Of a stretch of DNA of 64,000 bases, positions 1-32,869 are shown one piece after another; positions within the stretch are counted from its first letter, which is position 1, and each line of letters opens with the position of its first letter. The position numbers and the translations under genes are program-made. Source of the DNA: the human T2T-CHM13v2.0 reference genome, Homo sapiens; the NCBI RefSeq assembly GCF_009914755.1, contig NC_060935.1; one strand, 5' to 3'. Below the pieces are notes generated by a model, which ran no database searches, was not told the DNA's origin, and worked only from the letters and a program-made list of their open reading frames with translations.

Positions 1-3624
<3,624 letters not shown>

Positions 3625-3687
3625 TATGATGTTAGTCAGTTATTTTGCTCATTAGTTGATGTAGTTTCTTCCTAGTCTCGATGGTCT
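3625..3687 (-). other. 63-bp ORF1-ORF2 intergenic spacer (repeated in every complete unit)
   Basis: Exactly 63 bp between the ORF1 stop and the ORF2 ATG, the canonical length for hominoid L1. Confidence 0.9.
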
Positions 3688-4704
3688 TTACATTTTGGCA
3701 TGATTTTGCAGCGGCTGGTACTGATTGTTCCTTTCCATGTTCAGCGCTTCCTTCAGGAGCTCTTTTAGGGCAGGCCTGGTGGTGACAAAATCTCTCAGCA
3801 TTTGCTTGTCTGTAAAGGATTTTATTTCTCCTTCACTTATGAAGCTTAGTTTGGCTGGATATGAAATTCTGGGTTGAAAATTCTTTTCTTTAAGAATGTT
3901 GAATATTGGCCCCCACTCTCTTCTGGCTTGTAGGGTTTCTGCTGAGAGATCTGCTGTTAGTCTGATGGGCTTCCCTTTGAGGGTAACCCGACCTTTCTCT
4001 CTGGCTGCCCTTAACATTTTTTCCTTCATTTCAACTTTGGTGAATCTGACAATTATGTGTCTTGGAGTTGCTCTTCTCGAGGAGTATCTTTGTGGCGTTC
4101 TCTGTATTTCCTGAATCTGAACATTGGCCTGCCTTGCTAGATTGGGGAAGTTCTCCTGGATAATATCCTGCAGAGTGTTTTCCAACTTGGTTCCATTCTC
4201 CCCATCACTTTCAGGTACACCAATCAGACGTAGATTTGGTCTTTTCACATAGTCCCATATTTCTTGGAGGCTTTGCTCGTTTCTTTTTATTCTTTTTTCT
4301 CTAAACTTCCCTTCTCGCTTCATTTCATTCATTTCATCTTCCATCGCTGATACCCTTTCTTCCAGTTGATCGCATCGGCTCCTGAGGCTTCTGCATTCTT
4401 CACGTAGTTCTCGAGCCTTGGTTTTCAGCTCCATCAGCTCCTTTAAGCACTTCTCTGTATTGGTTATTCTAGTTATACATTCTTCTAAATTTTTTTCAAA
4501 GTTTTCAACTTCTTTGCCTTTGGTTTGAATGTCCTCCCGTAGCTCAGAGTAATTTGATCGTCTGAAGCCTTCTTCTCTCAGCTCGTCAAAGTCATTCTCC
4601 ATCCAGCTCTGTTCCGTTGCTGGTGAGGAACGGCGTTCCTTTGGAGGAGGAGAAGCGCTCTGTGTTTTAGAGTTTCCCGTTTTTCTGTTCTGCTTTTTCC
4701 CCAT
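3688..4704 (-). CDS. ORF1: LINE-1 ORF1p (338 aa RNA-binding/chaperone protein), intact
   Basis: ATG to TAA, MGKKQNRK...NHAKM; coiled coil, RRM and CTD; REKG, ARR and YPAKLS motifs retained. Confidence 0.95.
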   Translation of the reverse strand: MGKKQNRKTGNSKTQSASPPPKERRSSPATEQSWMENDFDELREEGFRRSNYSELREDIQTKGKEVENFEKNLEECITRITNTEKCLKELMELKTKARELREECRSLRSRCDQLEERVSAMEDEMNEMKREGKFREKRIKRNEQSLQEIWDYVKRPNLRLIGVPESDGENGTKLENTLQDIIQENFPNLARQANVQIQEIQRTPQRYSSRRATPRHIIVRFTKVEMKEKMLRAAREKGRVTLKGKPIRLTADLSAETLQARREWGPIFNILKEKNFQPRISYPAKLSFISEGEIKSFTDKQMLRDFVTTRPALKELLKEALNMERNNQYQPLQNHAKM

Positions 4705-5152
4705 CTTTGTGGTTTTATCTACCTTTGGTCTTTGATGATGGTGATGTACAGATGGGTTTTTGGTGTGGATGTCCTTTCTGTTTGTTAGTTTTCCTTCTAA
4801 CAGAGAGGATCCTCAGCTGCAGGTCTGTTGGAATACCCTGCCATGTGAGGTGTCAGTGTGCCCCTGCTGGCGGGTGCCTGCCAGTTAGGCTGCTCGGGGG
4901 TCAGGGACCCACTTGAGGAGGCAGTCTGCCCGTTTTCAGATCTCCAGCTGCGTGCTGGGAGAACCACTGCTCTCTTCAAAGCTGTCAGACAGGGACATTT
5001 AAGTATGCAGAGGTTACTGCTGTCTTTTTGTTTGTCTGTGCCCTGTCCCCAGAGGTGGAGCCTACAGAGGCAGGCAGGCCTCCTTGAGCTGTGGTGGGCT
5101 CCACCCAGTTCGAGCATCGGGGCTGCTTTGTTTACCTAAGCAAGCCTGGGCA

Positions 5153-5347
5153 ATGGCGGGCGCCCCTCCCCCAGCCTCGCTGCCGCCTTGCAGTTTGATC
5201 TCAGACTGCTGTGCTAGCAATCAGCGAGACTCCGTGGGCATAGGACCCTCTGAGCCAGGTGCGGGATATAATCTCGTGGTGCACCGTTTTTTAAGCCAGT
5301 CTGAAAAGCGCAATATTCGGGTGGGAGTGACCCGATTTTCCAGGTGA
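5153..5347 (+). CDS. ORF0: L1 antisense ORF0, shortened to 64 aa (canonical 71). Also at 10786, 16419, 22052, 27685, 33318, 38951, 44584, 50216, 55849, 61482
   Basis: gcaATGg start, MAGAPPPASLPPCSLISDCCASNQRDSVG...RVGVTRFSR then TGA where the family has TGC. Confidence 0.8.
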   Translation: MAGAPPPASLPPCSLISDCCASNQRDSVGIGPSEPGAGYNLVVHRFLSQSEKRNIRVGVTRFSR

Positions 5348-5573
5348 GTCCGTCACCCCTTTCTTTGACTCGGAAAGGGAACTCCCTGACCCCTTGCACT
5401 TCCCAAGTGAGGCAATGCCTTGCCCTGCTTCGGCTCGTGCAAACCCACTGACCTGCGCCCACTGTCTGGCACTCCCTAGTGAGATGAACCCGGTACCTCA
5501 GATGGAAATGCAGAAATCACCCATCTTCTGCGTCGCTCACGCTGGGAGCTATAGACCGGAGCTGTTCCTATTC

Positions 5574-5583
5574 GGCCATCTTG
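5574..5583 (-). promoter_or_regulatory. YY1 binding site at the L1 5' end (repeated in every unit)
   Basis: CAAGATGGCC on minus strand (ggccatcttg on plus). Confidence 0.85.
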
Positions 5584-5594
5584 GCTCCTCCTTC

Positions 5595-9257
<3,663 letters not shown>

Positions 9258-9320
9258 TATGATGTTAGTCAGTTATTTTGCTCATTAGTTGATGTAGTTT
9301 CTTCCTAGTCTCGATGGTCT

Positions 9321-10337
9321 TTACATTTTGGCATGATTTTGCAGCGGCTGGTACTGATTGTTCCTTTCCATGTTCAGCGCTTCCTTCAGGAGCTCTTTTA
9401 GGGCAGGCCTGGTGGTGACAAAATCTCTCAGCATTTGCTTGTCTGTAAAGGATTTTATTTCTCCTTCACTTATGAAGCTTAGTTTGGCTGGATATGAAAT
9501 TCTGGGTTGAAAATTCTTTTCTTTAAGAATGTTGAATATTGGCCCCCACTCTCTTCTGGCTTGTAGGGTTTCTGCTGAGAGATCTGCTGTTAGTCTGATG
9601 GGCTTCCCTTTGAGGGTAACCCGACCTTTCTCTCTGGCTGCCCTTAACATTTTTTCCTTCATTTCAACTTTGGTGAATCTGACAATTATGTGTCTTGGAG
9701 TTGCTCTTCTCGAGGAGTATCTTTGTGGCGTTCTCTGTATTTCCTGAATCTGAACATTGGCCTGCCTTGCTAGATTGGGGAAGTTCTCCTGGATAATATC
9801 CTGCAGAGTGTTTTCCAACTTGGTTCCATTCTCCCCATCACTTTCAGGTACACCAATCAGACGTAGATTTGGTCTTTTCACATAGTCCCATATTTCTTGG
9901 AGGCTTTGCTCGTTTCTTTTTATTCTTTTTTCTCTAAACTTCCCTTCTCGCTTCATTTCATTCATTTCATCTTCCATCGCTGATACCCTTTCTTCCAGTT
10001 GATCGCATCGGCTCCTGAGGCTTCTGCATTCTTCACGTAGTTCTCGAGCCTTGGTTTTCAGCTCCATCAGCTCCTTTAAGCACTTCTCTGTATTGGTTAT
10101 TCTAGTTATACATTCTTCTAAATTTTTTTCAAAGTTTTCAACTTCTTTGCCTTTGGTTTGAATGTCCTCCCGTAGCTCAGAGTAATTTGATCGTCTGAAG
10201 CCTTCTTCTCTCAGCTCGTCAAAGTCATTCTCCATCCAGCTCTGTTCCATTGCTGGTGAGGAACGGCGTTCCTTTGGAGGAGGAGAAGCGCTCTGTGTTT
10301 TAGAGTTTCCCGTTTTTCTGTTCTGCTTTTTCCCCAT
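9321..10337 (-). CDS. ORF1: LINE-1 ORF1p, intact (T30M)
   Basis: 338 aa; one CpG-derived missense at 10249. Confidence 0.95.
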   Translation of the reverse strand: MGKKQNRKTGNSKTQSASPPPKERRSSPAMEQSWMENDFDELREEGFRRSNYSELREDIQTKGKEVENFEKNLEECITRITNTEKCLKELMELKTKARELREECRSLRSRCDQLEERVSAMEDEMNEMKREGKFREKRIKRNEQSLQEIWDYVKRPNLRLIGVPESDGENGTKLENTLQDIIQENFPNLARQANVQIQEIQRTPQRYSSRRATPRHIIVRFTKVEMKEKMLRAAREKGRVTLKGKPIRLTADLSAETLQARREWGPIFNILKEKNFQPRISYPAKLSFISEGEIKSFTDKQMLRDFVTTRPALKELLKEALNMERNNQYQPLQNHAKM

Positions 10338-11224
10338 CTTTGTGGTTTTATCTACCTTTGGTCTTTGATGATGGTGATGTACAGATGGGTTTTTGGTGTG
10401 GATGTCCTTTCTGTTTGTTAGTTTTCCTTCTAACAGAGAGGATCCTCAGCTGCAGGTCTGTTGGAATACCCTGCCATGTGAGGTGTCAGTGTGCCCCTGC
10501 TGGCGGGTGCCTGCCAGTTAGGCTGCTCGGGGGTCAGGGACCCACTTGAGGAGGCAGTCTGCCCGTTTTCAGATCTCCAGCTGCGTGCTGGGAGAACCAC
10601 TGCTCTCTTCAAAGCTGTCAGACAGGGACATTTAAGTATGCAGAGGTTACTGCTGTCTTTTTGTTTGTCTGTGCCCTGTCCCCAGAGGTGGAGCCTACAG
10701 AGGCAGGCAGGCCTCCTTGAGCTGTGGTGGGCTCCACCCAGTTCGAGCATCGGGGCTGCTTTGTTTACCTAAGCAAGCCTGGGCAATGGCGGGCGCCCCT
10801 CCCCCAGCCTCGCTGCCGCCTTGCAGTTTGATCTCAGACTGCTGTGCTAGCAATCAGCGAGACTCCGTGGGCATAGGACCCTCTGAGCCAGGTGCGGGAT
10901 ATAATCTCGTGGTGCACCGTTTTTTAAGCCAGTCTGAAAAGCGCAATATTCGGGTGGGAGTGACCCGATTTTCCAGGTGAGTCCGTCACCCCTTTCTTTG
11001 ACTCGGAAAGGGAACTCCCTGACCCCTTGCACTTCCCAAGTGAGGCAATGCCTTGCCCTGCTTCGGCTCGTGCAAACCCACTGACCTGCGCCCACTGTCT
11101 GGCACTCCCTAGTGAGATGAACCCGGTACCTCAGATGGAAATGCAGAAATCACCCATCTTCTGCGTCGCTCACGCTGGGAGCTATAGACCGGAGCTGTTC
11201 CTATTCGGCCATCTTGGCTCCTCC
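10338..11224 (-). promoter_or_regulatory. L1 5'UTR, unit 2
   Basis: Copy of 4705-5591. Confidence 0.9.
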
Positions 11225-11227
11225 TTC

Positions 11228-14890
<3,663 letters not shown>

Positions 14891-14953
14891 TATGATGTTA
14901 GTCAGTTATTTTGCTCATTAGTTGATGTAGTTTCTTCCTAGTCTCGATGGTCT

Positions 14954-15970
14954 TTACATTTTGGCATGATTTTGCAGCGGCTGGTACTGATTGTTCCTTT
15001 CCATGTTCAGCGCTTCCTTCAGGAGCTCTTTTAGGGCAGGCCTGGTGGTGACAAAATCTCTCAGCATTTGCTTGTCTGTAAAGGATTTTATTTCTCCTTC
15101 ACTTATGAAGCTTAGTTTGGCTGGATATGAAATTCTGGGTTGAAAATTCTTTTCTTTAAGAATGTTGAATATTGGCCCCCACTCTCTTCTGGCTTGTAGG
15201 GTTTCTGCTGAGAGATCTGCTGTTAGTCTGATGGGCTTCCCTTTGAGGGTAACCCGACCTTTCTCTCTGGCTGCCCTTAACATTTTTTCCTTCATTTCAA
15301 CTTTGGTGAATCTGACAATTATGTGTCTTGGAGTTGCTCTTCTCGAGGAGTATCTTTGTGGCGTTCTCTGTATTTCCTGAATCTGAACATTGGCCTGCCT
15401 TGCTAGATTGGGGAAGTTCTCCTGGATAATATCCTGCAGAGTGTTTTCCAACTTGGTTCCATTCTCCCCATCACTTTCAGGTACACCAATCAGACGTAGA
15501 TTTGGTCTTTTCACATAGTCCCATATTTCTTGGAGGCTTTGCTCGTTTCTTTTTATTCTTTTTTCTCTAAACTTCCCTTCTCGCTTCATTTCATTCATTT
15601 CATCTTCCATCGCTGATACCCTTTCTTCCAGTTGATCGCATCGGCTCCTGAGGCTTCTGCATTCTTCACGTAGTTCTCGAGCCTTGGTTTTCAGCTCCAT
15701 CAGCTCCTTTAAGCACTTCTCTGTATTGGTTATTCTAGTTATACATTCTTCTAAATTTTTTTCAAAGTTTTCAACTTCTTTGCCTTTGGTTTGAATGTCC
15801 TCCCGTAGCTCAGAGTAATTTGATCGTCTGAAGCCTTCTTCTCTCAGCTCGTCAAAGTCATTCTCCATCCAGCTCTGTTCCGTTGCTGGTGAGGAACGGC
15901 GTTCCTTTGGAGGAGGAGAAGCGCTCTGTGTTTTAGAGTTTCCCGTTTTTCTGTTCTGCTTTTTCCCCAT
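14954..15970 (-). CDS. ORF1: LINE-1 ORF1p, intact
   Basis: 338 aa, same protein as unit 1. Confidence 0.95.
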   Translation of the reverse strand: MGKKQNRKTGNSKTQSASPPPKERRSSPATEQSWMENDFDELREEGFRRSNYSELREDIQTKGKEVENFEKNLEECITRITNTEKCLKELMELKTKARELREECRSLRSRCDQLEERVSAMEDEMNEMKREGKFREKRIKRNEQSLQEIWDYVKRPNLRLIGVPESDGENGTKLENTLQDIIQENFPNLARQANVQIQEIQRTPQRYSSRRATPRHIIVRFTKVEMKEKMLRAAREKGRVTLKGKPIRLTADLSAETLQARREWGPIFNILKEKNFQPRISYPAKLSFISEGEIKSFTDKQMLRDFVTTRPALKELLKEALNMERNNQYQPLQNHAKM

Positions 15971-16857
15971 CTTTGTGGTTTTATCTACCTTTGGTCTTTG
16001 ATGATGGTGATGTACAGATGGGTTTTTGGTGTGGATGTCCTTTCTGTTTGTTAGTTTTCCTTCTAACAGAGAGGATCCTCAGCTGCAGGTCTGTTGGAAT
16101 ACCCTGCCATGTGAGGTGTCAGTGTGCCCCTGCTGGCGGGTGCCTGCCAGTTAGGCTGCTCGGGGGTCAGGGACCCACTTGAGGAGGCAGTCTGCCCGTT
16201 TTCAGATCTCCAGCTGCGTGCTGGGAGAACCACTGCTCTCTTCAAAGCTGTCAGACAGGGACATTTAAGTATGCAGAGGTTACTGCTGTCTTTTTGTTTG
16301 TCTGTGCCCTGTCCCCAGAGGTGGAGCCTACAGAGGCAGGCAGGCCTCCTTGAGCTGTGGTGGGCTCCACCCAGTTCGAGCATCGGGGCTGCTTTGTTTA
16401 CCTAAGCAAGCCTGGGCAATGGCGGGCGCCCCTCCCCCAGCCTCGCTGCCGCCTTGCAGTTTGATCTCAGACTGCTGTGCTAGCAATCAGCGAGACTCCG
16501 TGGGCATAGGACCCTCTGAGCCAGGTGCGGGATATAATCTCGTGGTGCACCGTTTTTTAAGCCAGTCTGAAAAGCGCAATATTCGGGTGGGAGTGACCCG
16601 ATTTTCCAGGTGAGTCCGTCACCCCTTTCTTTGACTCGGAAAGGGAACTCCCTGACCCCTTGCACTTCCCAAGTGAGGCAATGCCTTGCCCTGCTTCGGC
16701 TCGTGCAAACCCACTGACCTGCGCCCACTGTCTGGCACTCCCTAGTGAGATGAACCCGGTACCTCAGATGGAAATGCAGAAATCACCCATCTTCTGCGTC
16801 GCTCACGCTGGGAGCTATAGACCGGAGCTGTTCCTATTCGGCCATCTTGGCTCCTCC
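15971..16857 (-). promoter_or_regulatory. L1 5'UTR, unit 3
   Basis: Copy of 4705-5591. Confidence 0.9.
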
Positions 16858-16860
16858 TTC

Positions 16861-20523
<3,663 letters not shown>

Positions 20524-20586
20524 TATGATGTTAGTCAGTTATTTTGCTCATTAGTTGATGTAGTTTCTTCCTAGTCTCGATGGTCT

Positions 20587-21603
20587 TTACATTTTGGCAT
20601 GATTTTGCAGCGGCTGGTACTGATTGTTCCTTTCCATGTTCAGCGCTTCCTTCAGGAGCTCTTTTAGGGCAGGCCTGGTGGTGACAAAATCTCTCAGCAT
20701 TTGCTTGTCTGTAAAGGATTTTATTTCTCCTTCACTTATGAAGCTTAGTTTGGCTGGATATGAAATTCTGGGTTGAAAATTCTTTTCTTTAAGAATGTTG
20801 AATATTGGCCCCCACTCTCTTCTGGCTTGTAGGGTTTCTGCTGAGAGATCTGCTGTTAGTCTGATGGGCTTCCCTTTGAGGGTAACCCGACCTTTCTCTC
20901 TGGCTGCCCTTAACATTTTTTCCTTCATTTCAACTTTGGTGAATCTGACAATTATGTGTCTTGGAGTTGCTCTTCTCGAGGAGTATCTTTGTGGCGTTCT
21001 CTGTATTTCCTGAATCTGAACATTGGCCTGCCTTGCTAGATTGGGGAAGTTCTCCTGGATAATATCCTGCAGAGTGTTTTCCAACTTGGTTCCATTCTCC
21101 CCATCACTTTCAGGTACACCAATCAGACGTAGATTTGGTCTTTTCACATAGTCCCATATTTCTTGGAGGCTTTGCTCGTTTCTTTTTATTCTTTTTTCTC
21201 TAAACTTCCCTTCTCGCTTCATTTCATTCATTTCATCTTCCATCGCTGATACCCTTTCTTCCAGTTGATCGCATCGGCTCCTGAGGCTTCTGCATTCTTC
21301 ACGTAGTTCTCGAGCCTTGGTTTTCAGCTCCATCAGCTCCTTTAAGCACTTCTCTGTATTGGTTATTCTAGTTATACATTCTTCTAAATTTTTTTCAAAG
21401 TTTTCAACTTCTTTGCCTTTGGTTTGAATGTCCTCCCGTAGCTCAGAGTAATTTGATCGTCTGAAGCCTTCTTCTCTCAGCTCGTCAAAGTCATTCTCCA
21501 TCCAGCTCTGTTCCGTTGCTGGTGAGGAACGGCGTTCCTTTGGAGGAGGAGAAGCGCTCTGTGTTTTAGAGTTTCCCGTTTTTCTGTTCTGCTTTTTCCC
21601 CAT
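20587..21603 (-). CDS. ORF1: LINE-1 ORF1p, intact
   Basis: 338 aa, same protein as unit 1. Confidence 0.95.
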   Translation of the reverse strand: MGKKQNRKTGNSKTQSASPPPKERRSSPATEQSWMENDFDELREEGFRRSNYSELREDIQTKGKEVENFEKNLEECITRITNTEKCLKELMELKTKARELREECRSLRSRCDQLEERVSAMEDEMNEMKREGKFREKRIKRNEQSLQEIWDYVKRPNLRLIGVPESDGENGTKLENTLQDIIQENFPNLARQANVQIQEIQRTPQRYSSRRATPRHIIVRFTKVEMKEKMLRAAREKGRVTLKGKPIRLTADLSAETLQARREWGPIFNILKEKNFQPRISYPAKLSFISEGEIKSFTDKQMLRDFVTTRPALKELLKEALNMERNNQYQPLQNHAKM

Positions 21604-22490
21604 CTTTGTGGTTTTATCTACCTTTGGTCTTTGATGATGGTGATGTACAGATGGGTTTTTGGTGTGGATGTCCTTTCTGTTTGTTAGTTTTCCTTCTAAC
21701 AGAGAGGATCCTCAGCTGCAGGTCTGTTGGAATACCCTGCCATGTGAGGTGTCAGTGTGCCCCTGCTGGCGGGTGCCTGCCAGTTAGGCTGCTCGGGGGT
21801 CAGGGACCCACTTGAGGAGGCAGTCTGCCCGTTTTCAGATCTCCAGCTGCGTGCTGGGAGAACCACTGCTCTCTTCAAAGCTGTCAGACAGGGACATTTA
21901 AGTATGCAGAGGTTACTGCTGTCTTTTTGTTTGTCTGTGCCCTGTCCCCAGAGGTGGAGCCTACAGAGGCAGGCAGGCCTCCTTGAGCTGTGGTGGGCTC
22001 CACCCAGTTCGAGCATCGGGGCTGCTTTGTTTACCTAAGCAAGCCTGGGCAATGGCGGGCGCCCCTCCCCCAGCCTCGCTGCCGCCTTGCAGTTTGATCT
22101 CAGACTGCTGTGCTAGCAATCAGCGAGACTCCGTGGGCATAGGACCCTCTGAGCCAGGTGCGGGATATAATCTCGTGGTGCACCGTTTTTTAAGCCAGTC
22201 TGAAAAGCGCAATATTCGGGTGGGAGTGACCCGATTTTCCAGGTGAGTCCGTCACCCCTTTCTTTGACTCGGAAAGGGAACTCCCTGACCCCTTGCACTT
22301 CCCAAGTGAGGCAATGCCTTGCCCTGCTTCGGCTCGTGCAAACCCACTGACCTGCGCCCACTGTCTGGCACTCCCTAGTGAGATGAACCCGGTACCTCAG
22401 ATGGAAATGCAGAAATCACCCATCTTCTGCGTCGCTCACGCTGGGAGCTATAGACCGGAGCTGTTCCTATTCGGCCATCTTGGCTCCTCC
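21604..22490 (-). promoter_or_regulatory. L1 5'UTR, unit 4
   Basis: Copy of 4705-5591. Confidence 0.9.
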
Positions 22491-22493
22491 TTC

Positions 22494-26156
<3,663 letters not shown>

Positions 26157-26219
26157 TATGATGTTAGTCAGTTATTTTGCTCATTAGTTGATGTAGTTTC
26201 TTCCTAGTCTCGATGGTCT

Positions 26220-27236
26220 TTACATTTTGGCATGATTTTGCAGCGGCTGGTACTGATTGTTCCTTTCCATGTTCAGCGCTTCCTTCAGGAGCTCTTTTAG
26301 GGCAGGCCTGGTGGTGACAAAATCTCTCAGCATTTGCTTGTCTGTAAAGGATTTTATTTCTCCTTCACTTATGAAGCTTAGTTTGGCTGGATATGAAATT
26401 CTGGGTTGAAAATTCTTTTCTTTAAGAATGTTGAATATTGGCCCCCACTCTCTTCTGGCTTGTAGGGTTTCTGCTGAGAGATCTGCTGTTAGTCTGATGG
26501 GCTTCCCTTTGAGGGTAACCCGACCTTTCTCTCTGGCTGCCCTTAACATTTTTTCCTTCATTTCAACTTTGGTGAATCTGACAATTATGTGTCTTGGAGT
26601 TGCTCTTCTCGAGGAGTATCTTTGTGGCGTTCTCTGTATTTCCTGAATCTGAACATTGGCCTGCCTTGCTAGATTGGGGAAGTTCTCCTGGATAATATCC
26701 TGCAGAGTGTTTTCCAACTTGGTTCCATTCTCCCCATCACTTTCAGGTACACCAATCAGACGTAGATTTGGTCTTTTCACATAGTCCCATATTTCTTGGA
26801 GGCTTTGCTCGTTTCTTTTTATTCTTTTTTCTCTAAACTTCCCTTCTCGCTTCATTTCATTCATTTCATCTTCCATCGCTGATACCCTTTCTTCCAGTTG
26901 ATCGCATCGGCTCCTGAGGCTTCTGCATTCTTCACGTAGTTCTCGAGCCTTGGTTTTCAGCTCCATCAGCTCCTTTAAGCACTTCTCTGTATTGGTTATT
27001 CTAGTTATACATTCTTCTAAATTTTTTTCAAAGTTTTCAACTTCTTTGCCTTTGGTTTGAATGTCCTCCCGTAGCTCAGAGTAATTTGATCGTCTGAAGC
27101 CTTCTTCTCTCAGCTCGTCAAAGTCATTCTCCATCCAGCTCTGTTCCGTTGCTGGTGAGGAACGGCGTTCCTTTGGAGGAGGAGAAGCGCTCTGTGTTTT
27201 AGAGTTTCCCGTTTTTCTGTTCTGCTTTTTCCCCAT
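26220..27236 (-). CDS. ORF1: LINE-1 ORF1p, intact
   Basis: 338 aa, same protein as unit 1. Confidence 0.95.
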   Translation of the reverse strand: MGKKQNRKTGNSKTQSASPPPKERRSSPATEQSWMENDFDELREEGFRRSNYSELREDIQTKGKEVENFEKNLEECITRITNTEKCLKELMELKTKARELREECRSLRSRCDQLEERVSAMEDEMNEMKREGKFREKRIKRNEQSLQEIWDYVKRPNLRLIGVPESDGENGTKLENTLQDIIQENFPNLARQANVQIQEIQRTPQRYSSRRATPRHIIVRFTKVEMKEKMLRAAREKGRVTLKGKPIRLTADLSAETLQARREWGPIFNILKEKNFQPRISYPAKLSFISEGEIKSFTDKQMLRDFVTTRPALKELLKEALNMERNNQYQPLQNHAKM

Positions 27237-28123
27237 CTTTGTGGTTTTATCTACCTTTGGTCTTTGATGATGGTGATGTACAGATGGGTTTTTGGTGTGG
27301 ATGTCCTTTCTGTTTGTTAGTTTTCCTTCTAACAGAGAGGATCCTCAGCTGCAGGTCTGTTGGAATACCCTGCCATGTGAGGTGTCAGTGTGCCCCTGCT
27401 GGCGGGTGCCTGCCAGTTAGGCTGCTCGGGGGTCAGGGACCCACTTGAGGAGGCAGTCTGCCCGTTTTCAGATCTCCAGCTGCGTGCTGGGAGAACCACT
27501 GCTCTCTTCAAAGCTGTCAGACAGGGACATTTAAGTATGCAGAGGTTACTGCTGTCTTTTTGTTTGTCTGTGCCCTGTCCCCAGAGGTGGAGCCTACAGA
27601 GGCAGGCAGGCCTCCTTGAGCTGTGGTGGGCTCCACCCAGTTCGAGCATCGGGGCTGCTTTGTTTACCTAAGCAAGCCTGGGCAATGGCGGGCGCCCCTC
27701 CCCCAGCCTCGCTGCCGCCTTGCAGTTTGATCTCAGACTGCTGTGCTAGCAATCAGCGAGACTCCGTGGGCATAGGACCCTCTGAGCCAGGTGCGGGATA
27801 TAATCTCGTGGTGCACCGTTTTTTAAGCCAGTCTGAAAAGCGCAATATTCGGGTGGGAGTGACCCGATTTTCCAGGTGAGTCCGTCACCCCTTTCTTTGA
27901 CTCGGAAAGGGAACTCCCTGACCCCTTGCACTTCCCAAGTGAGGCAATGCCTTGCCCTGCTTCGGCTCGTGCAAACCCACTGACCTGCGCCCACTGTCTG
28001 GCACTCCCTAGTGAGATGAACCCGGTACCTCAGATGGAAATGCAGAAATCACCCATCTTCTGCGTCGCTCACGCTGGGAGCTATAGACCGGAGCTGTTCC
28101 TATTCGGCCATCTTGGCTCCTCC
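27237..28123 (-). promoter_or_regulatory. L1 5'UTR, unit 5
   Basis: Copy of 4705-5591. Confidence 0.9.
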
Positions 28124-28126
28124 TTC

Positions 28127-31789
<3,663 letters not shown>

Positions 31790-31852
31790 TATGATGTTAG
31801 TCAGTTATTTTGCTCATTAGTTGATGTAGTTTCTTCCTAGTCTCGATGGTCT

Positions 31853-32869
31853 TTACATTTTGGCATGATTTTGCAGCGGCTGGTACTGATTGTTCCTTTC
31901 CATGTTCAGCGCTTCCTTCAGGAGCTCTTTTAGGGCAGGCCTGGTGGTGACAAAATCTCTCAGCATTTGCTTGTCTGTAAAGGATTTTATTTCTCCTTCA
32001 CTTATGAAGCTTAGTTTGGCTGGATATGAAATTCTGGGTTGAAAATTCTTTTCTTTAAGAATGTTGAATATTGGCCCCCACTCTCTTCTGGCTTGTAGGG
32101 TTTCTGCTGAGAGATCTGCTGTTAGTCTGATGGGCTTCCCTTTGAGGGTAACCCGACCTTTCTCTCTGGCTGCCCTTAACATTTTTTCCTTCATTTCAAC
32201 TTTGGTGAATCTGACAATTATGTGTCTTGGAGTTGCTCTTCTCGAGGAGTATCTTTGTGGCGTTCTCTGTATTTCCTGAATCTGAACATTGGCCTGCCTT
32301 GCTAGATTGGGGAAGTTCTCCTGGATAATATCCTGCAGAGTGTTTTCCAACTTGGTTCCATTCTCCCCATCACTTTCAGGTACACCAATCAGACGTAGAT
32401 TTGGTCTTTTCACATAGTCCCATATTTCTTGGAGGCTTTGCTCGTTTCTTTTTATTCTTTTTTCTCTAAACTTCCCTTCTCGCTTCATTTCATTCATTTC
32501 ATCTTCCATCGCTGATACCCTTTCTTCCAGTTGATCGCATCGGCTCCTGAGGCTTCTGCATTCTTCACGTAGTTCTCGAGCCTTGGTTTTCAGCTCCATC
32601 AGCTCCTTTAAGCACTTCTCTGTATTGGTTATTCTAGTTATACATTCTTCTAAATTTTTTTCAAAGTTTTCAACTTCTTTGCCTTTGGTTTGAATGTCCT
32701 CCCGTAGCTCAGAGTAATTTGATCGTCTGAAGCCTTCTTCTCTCAGCTCGTCAAAGTCATTCTCCATCCAGCTCTGTTCCGTTGCTGGTGAGGAACGGCG
32801 TTCCTTTGGAGGAGGAGAAGCGCTCTGTGTTTTAGAGTTTCCCGTTTTTCTGTTCTGCTTTTTCCCCAT
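31853..32869 (-). CDS. ORF1: LINE-1 ORF1p, intact
   Basis: 338 aa, same protein as unit 1. Confidence 0.95.
   Translation of the reverse strand: MGKKQNRKTGNSKTQSASPPPKERRSSPATEQSWMENDFDELREEGFRRSNYSELREDIQTKGKEVENFEKNLEECITRITNTEKCLKELMELKTKARELREECRSLRSRCDQLEERVSAMEDEMNEMKREGKFREKRIKRNEQSLQEIWDYVKRPNLRLIGVPESDGENGTKLENTLQDIIQENFPNLARQANVQIQEIQRTPQRYSSRRATPRHIIVRFTKVEMKEKMLRAAREKGRVTLKGKPIRLTADLSAETLQARREWGPIFNILKEKNFQPRISYPAKLSFISEGEIKSFTDKQMLRDFVTTRPALKELLKEALNMERNNQYQPLQNHAKM

Larger units (their letters stand above)
4705..5591 (-). promoter_or_regulatory. L1 5'UTR, 887 bp: internal sense Pol II promoter plus antisense promoter, CpG-rich
   Basis: Begins GGAGGAGCCAAGATGGCCGAATAGG on the minus strand at 5591 and runs to the ORF1 ATG. 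Promoter activity is family knowledge, not shown here. Confidence 0.92.
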
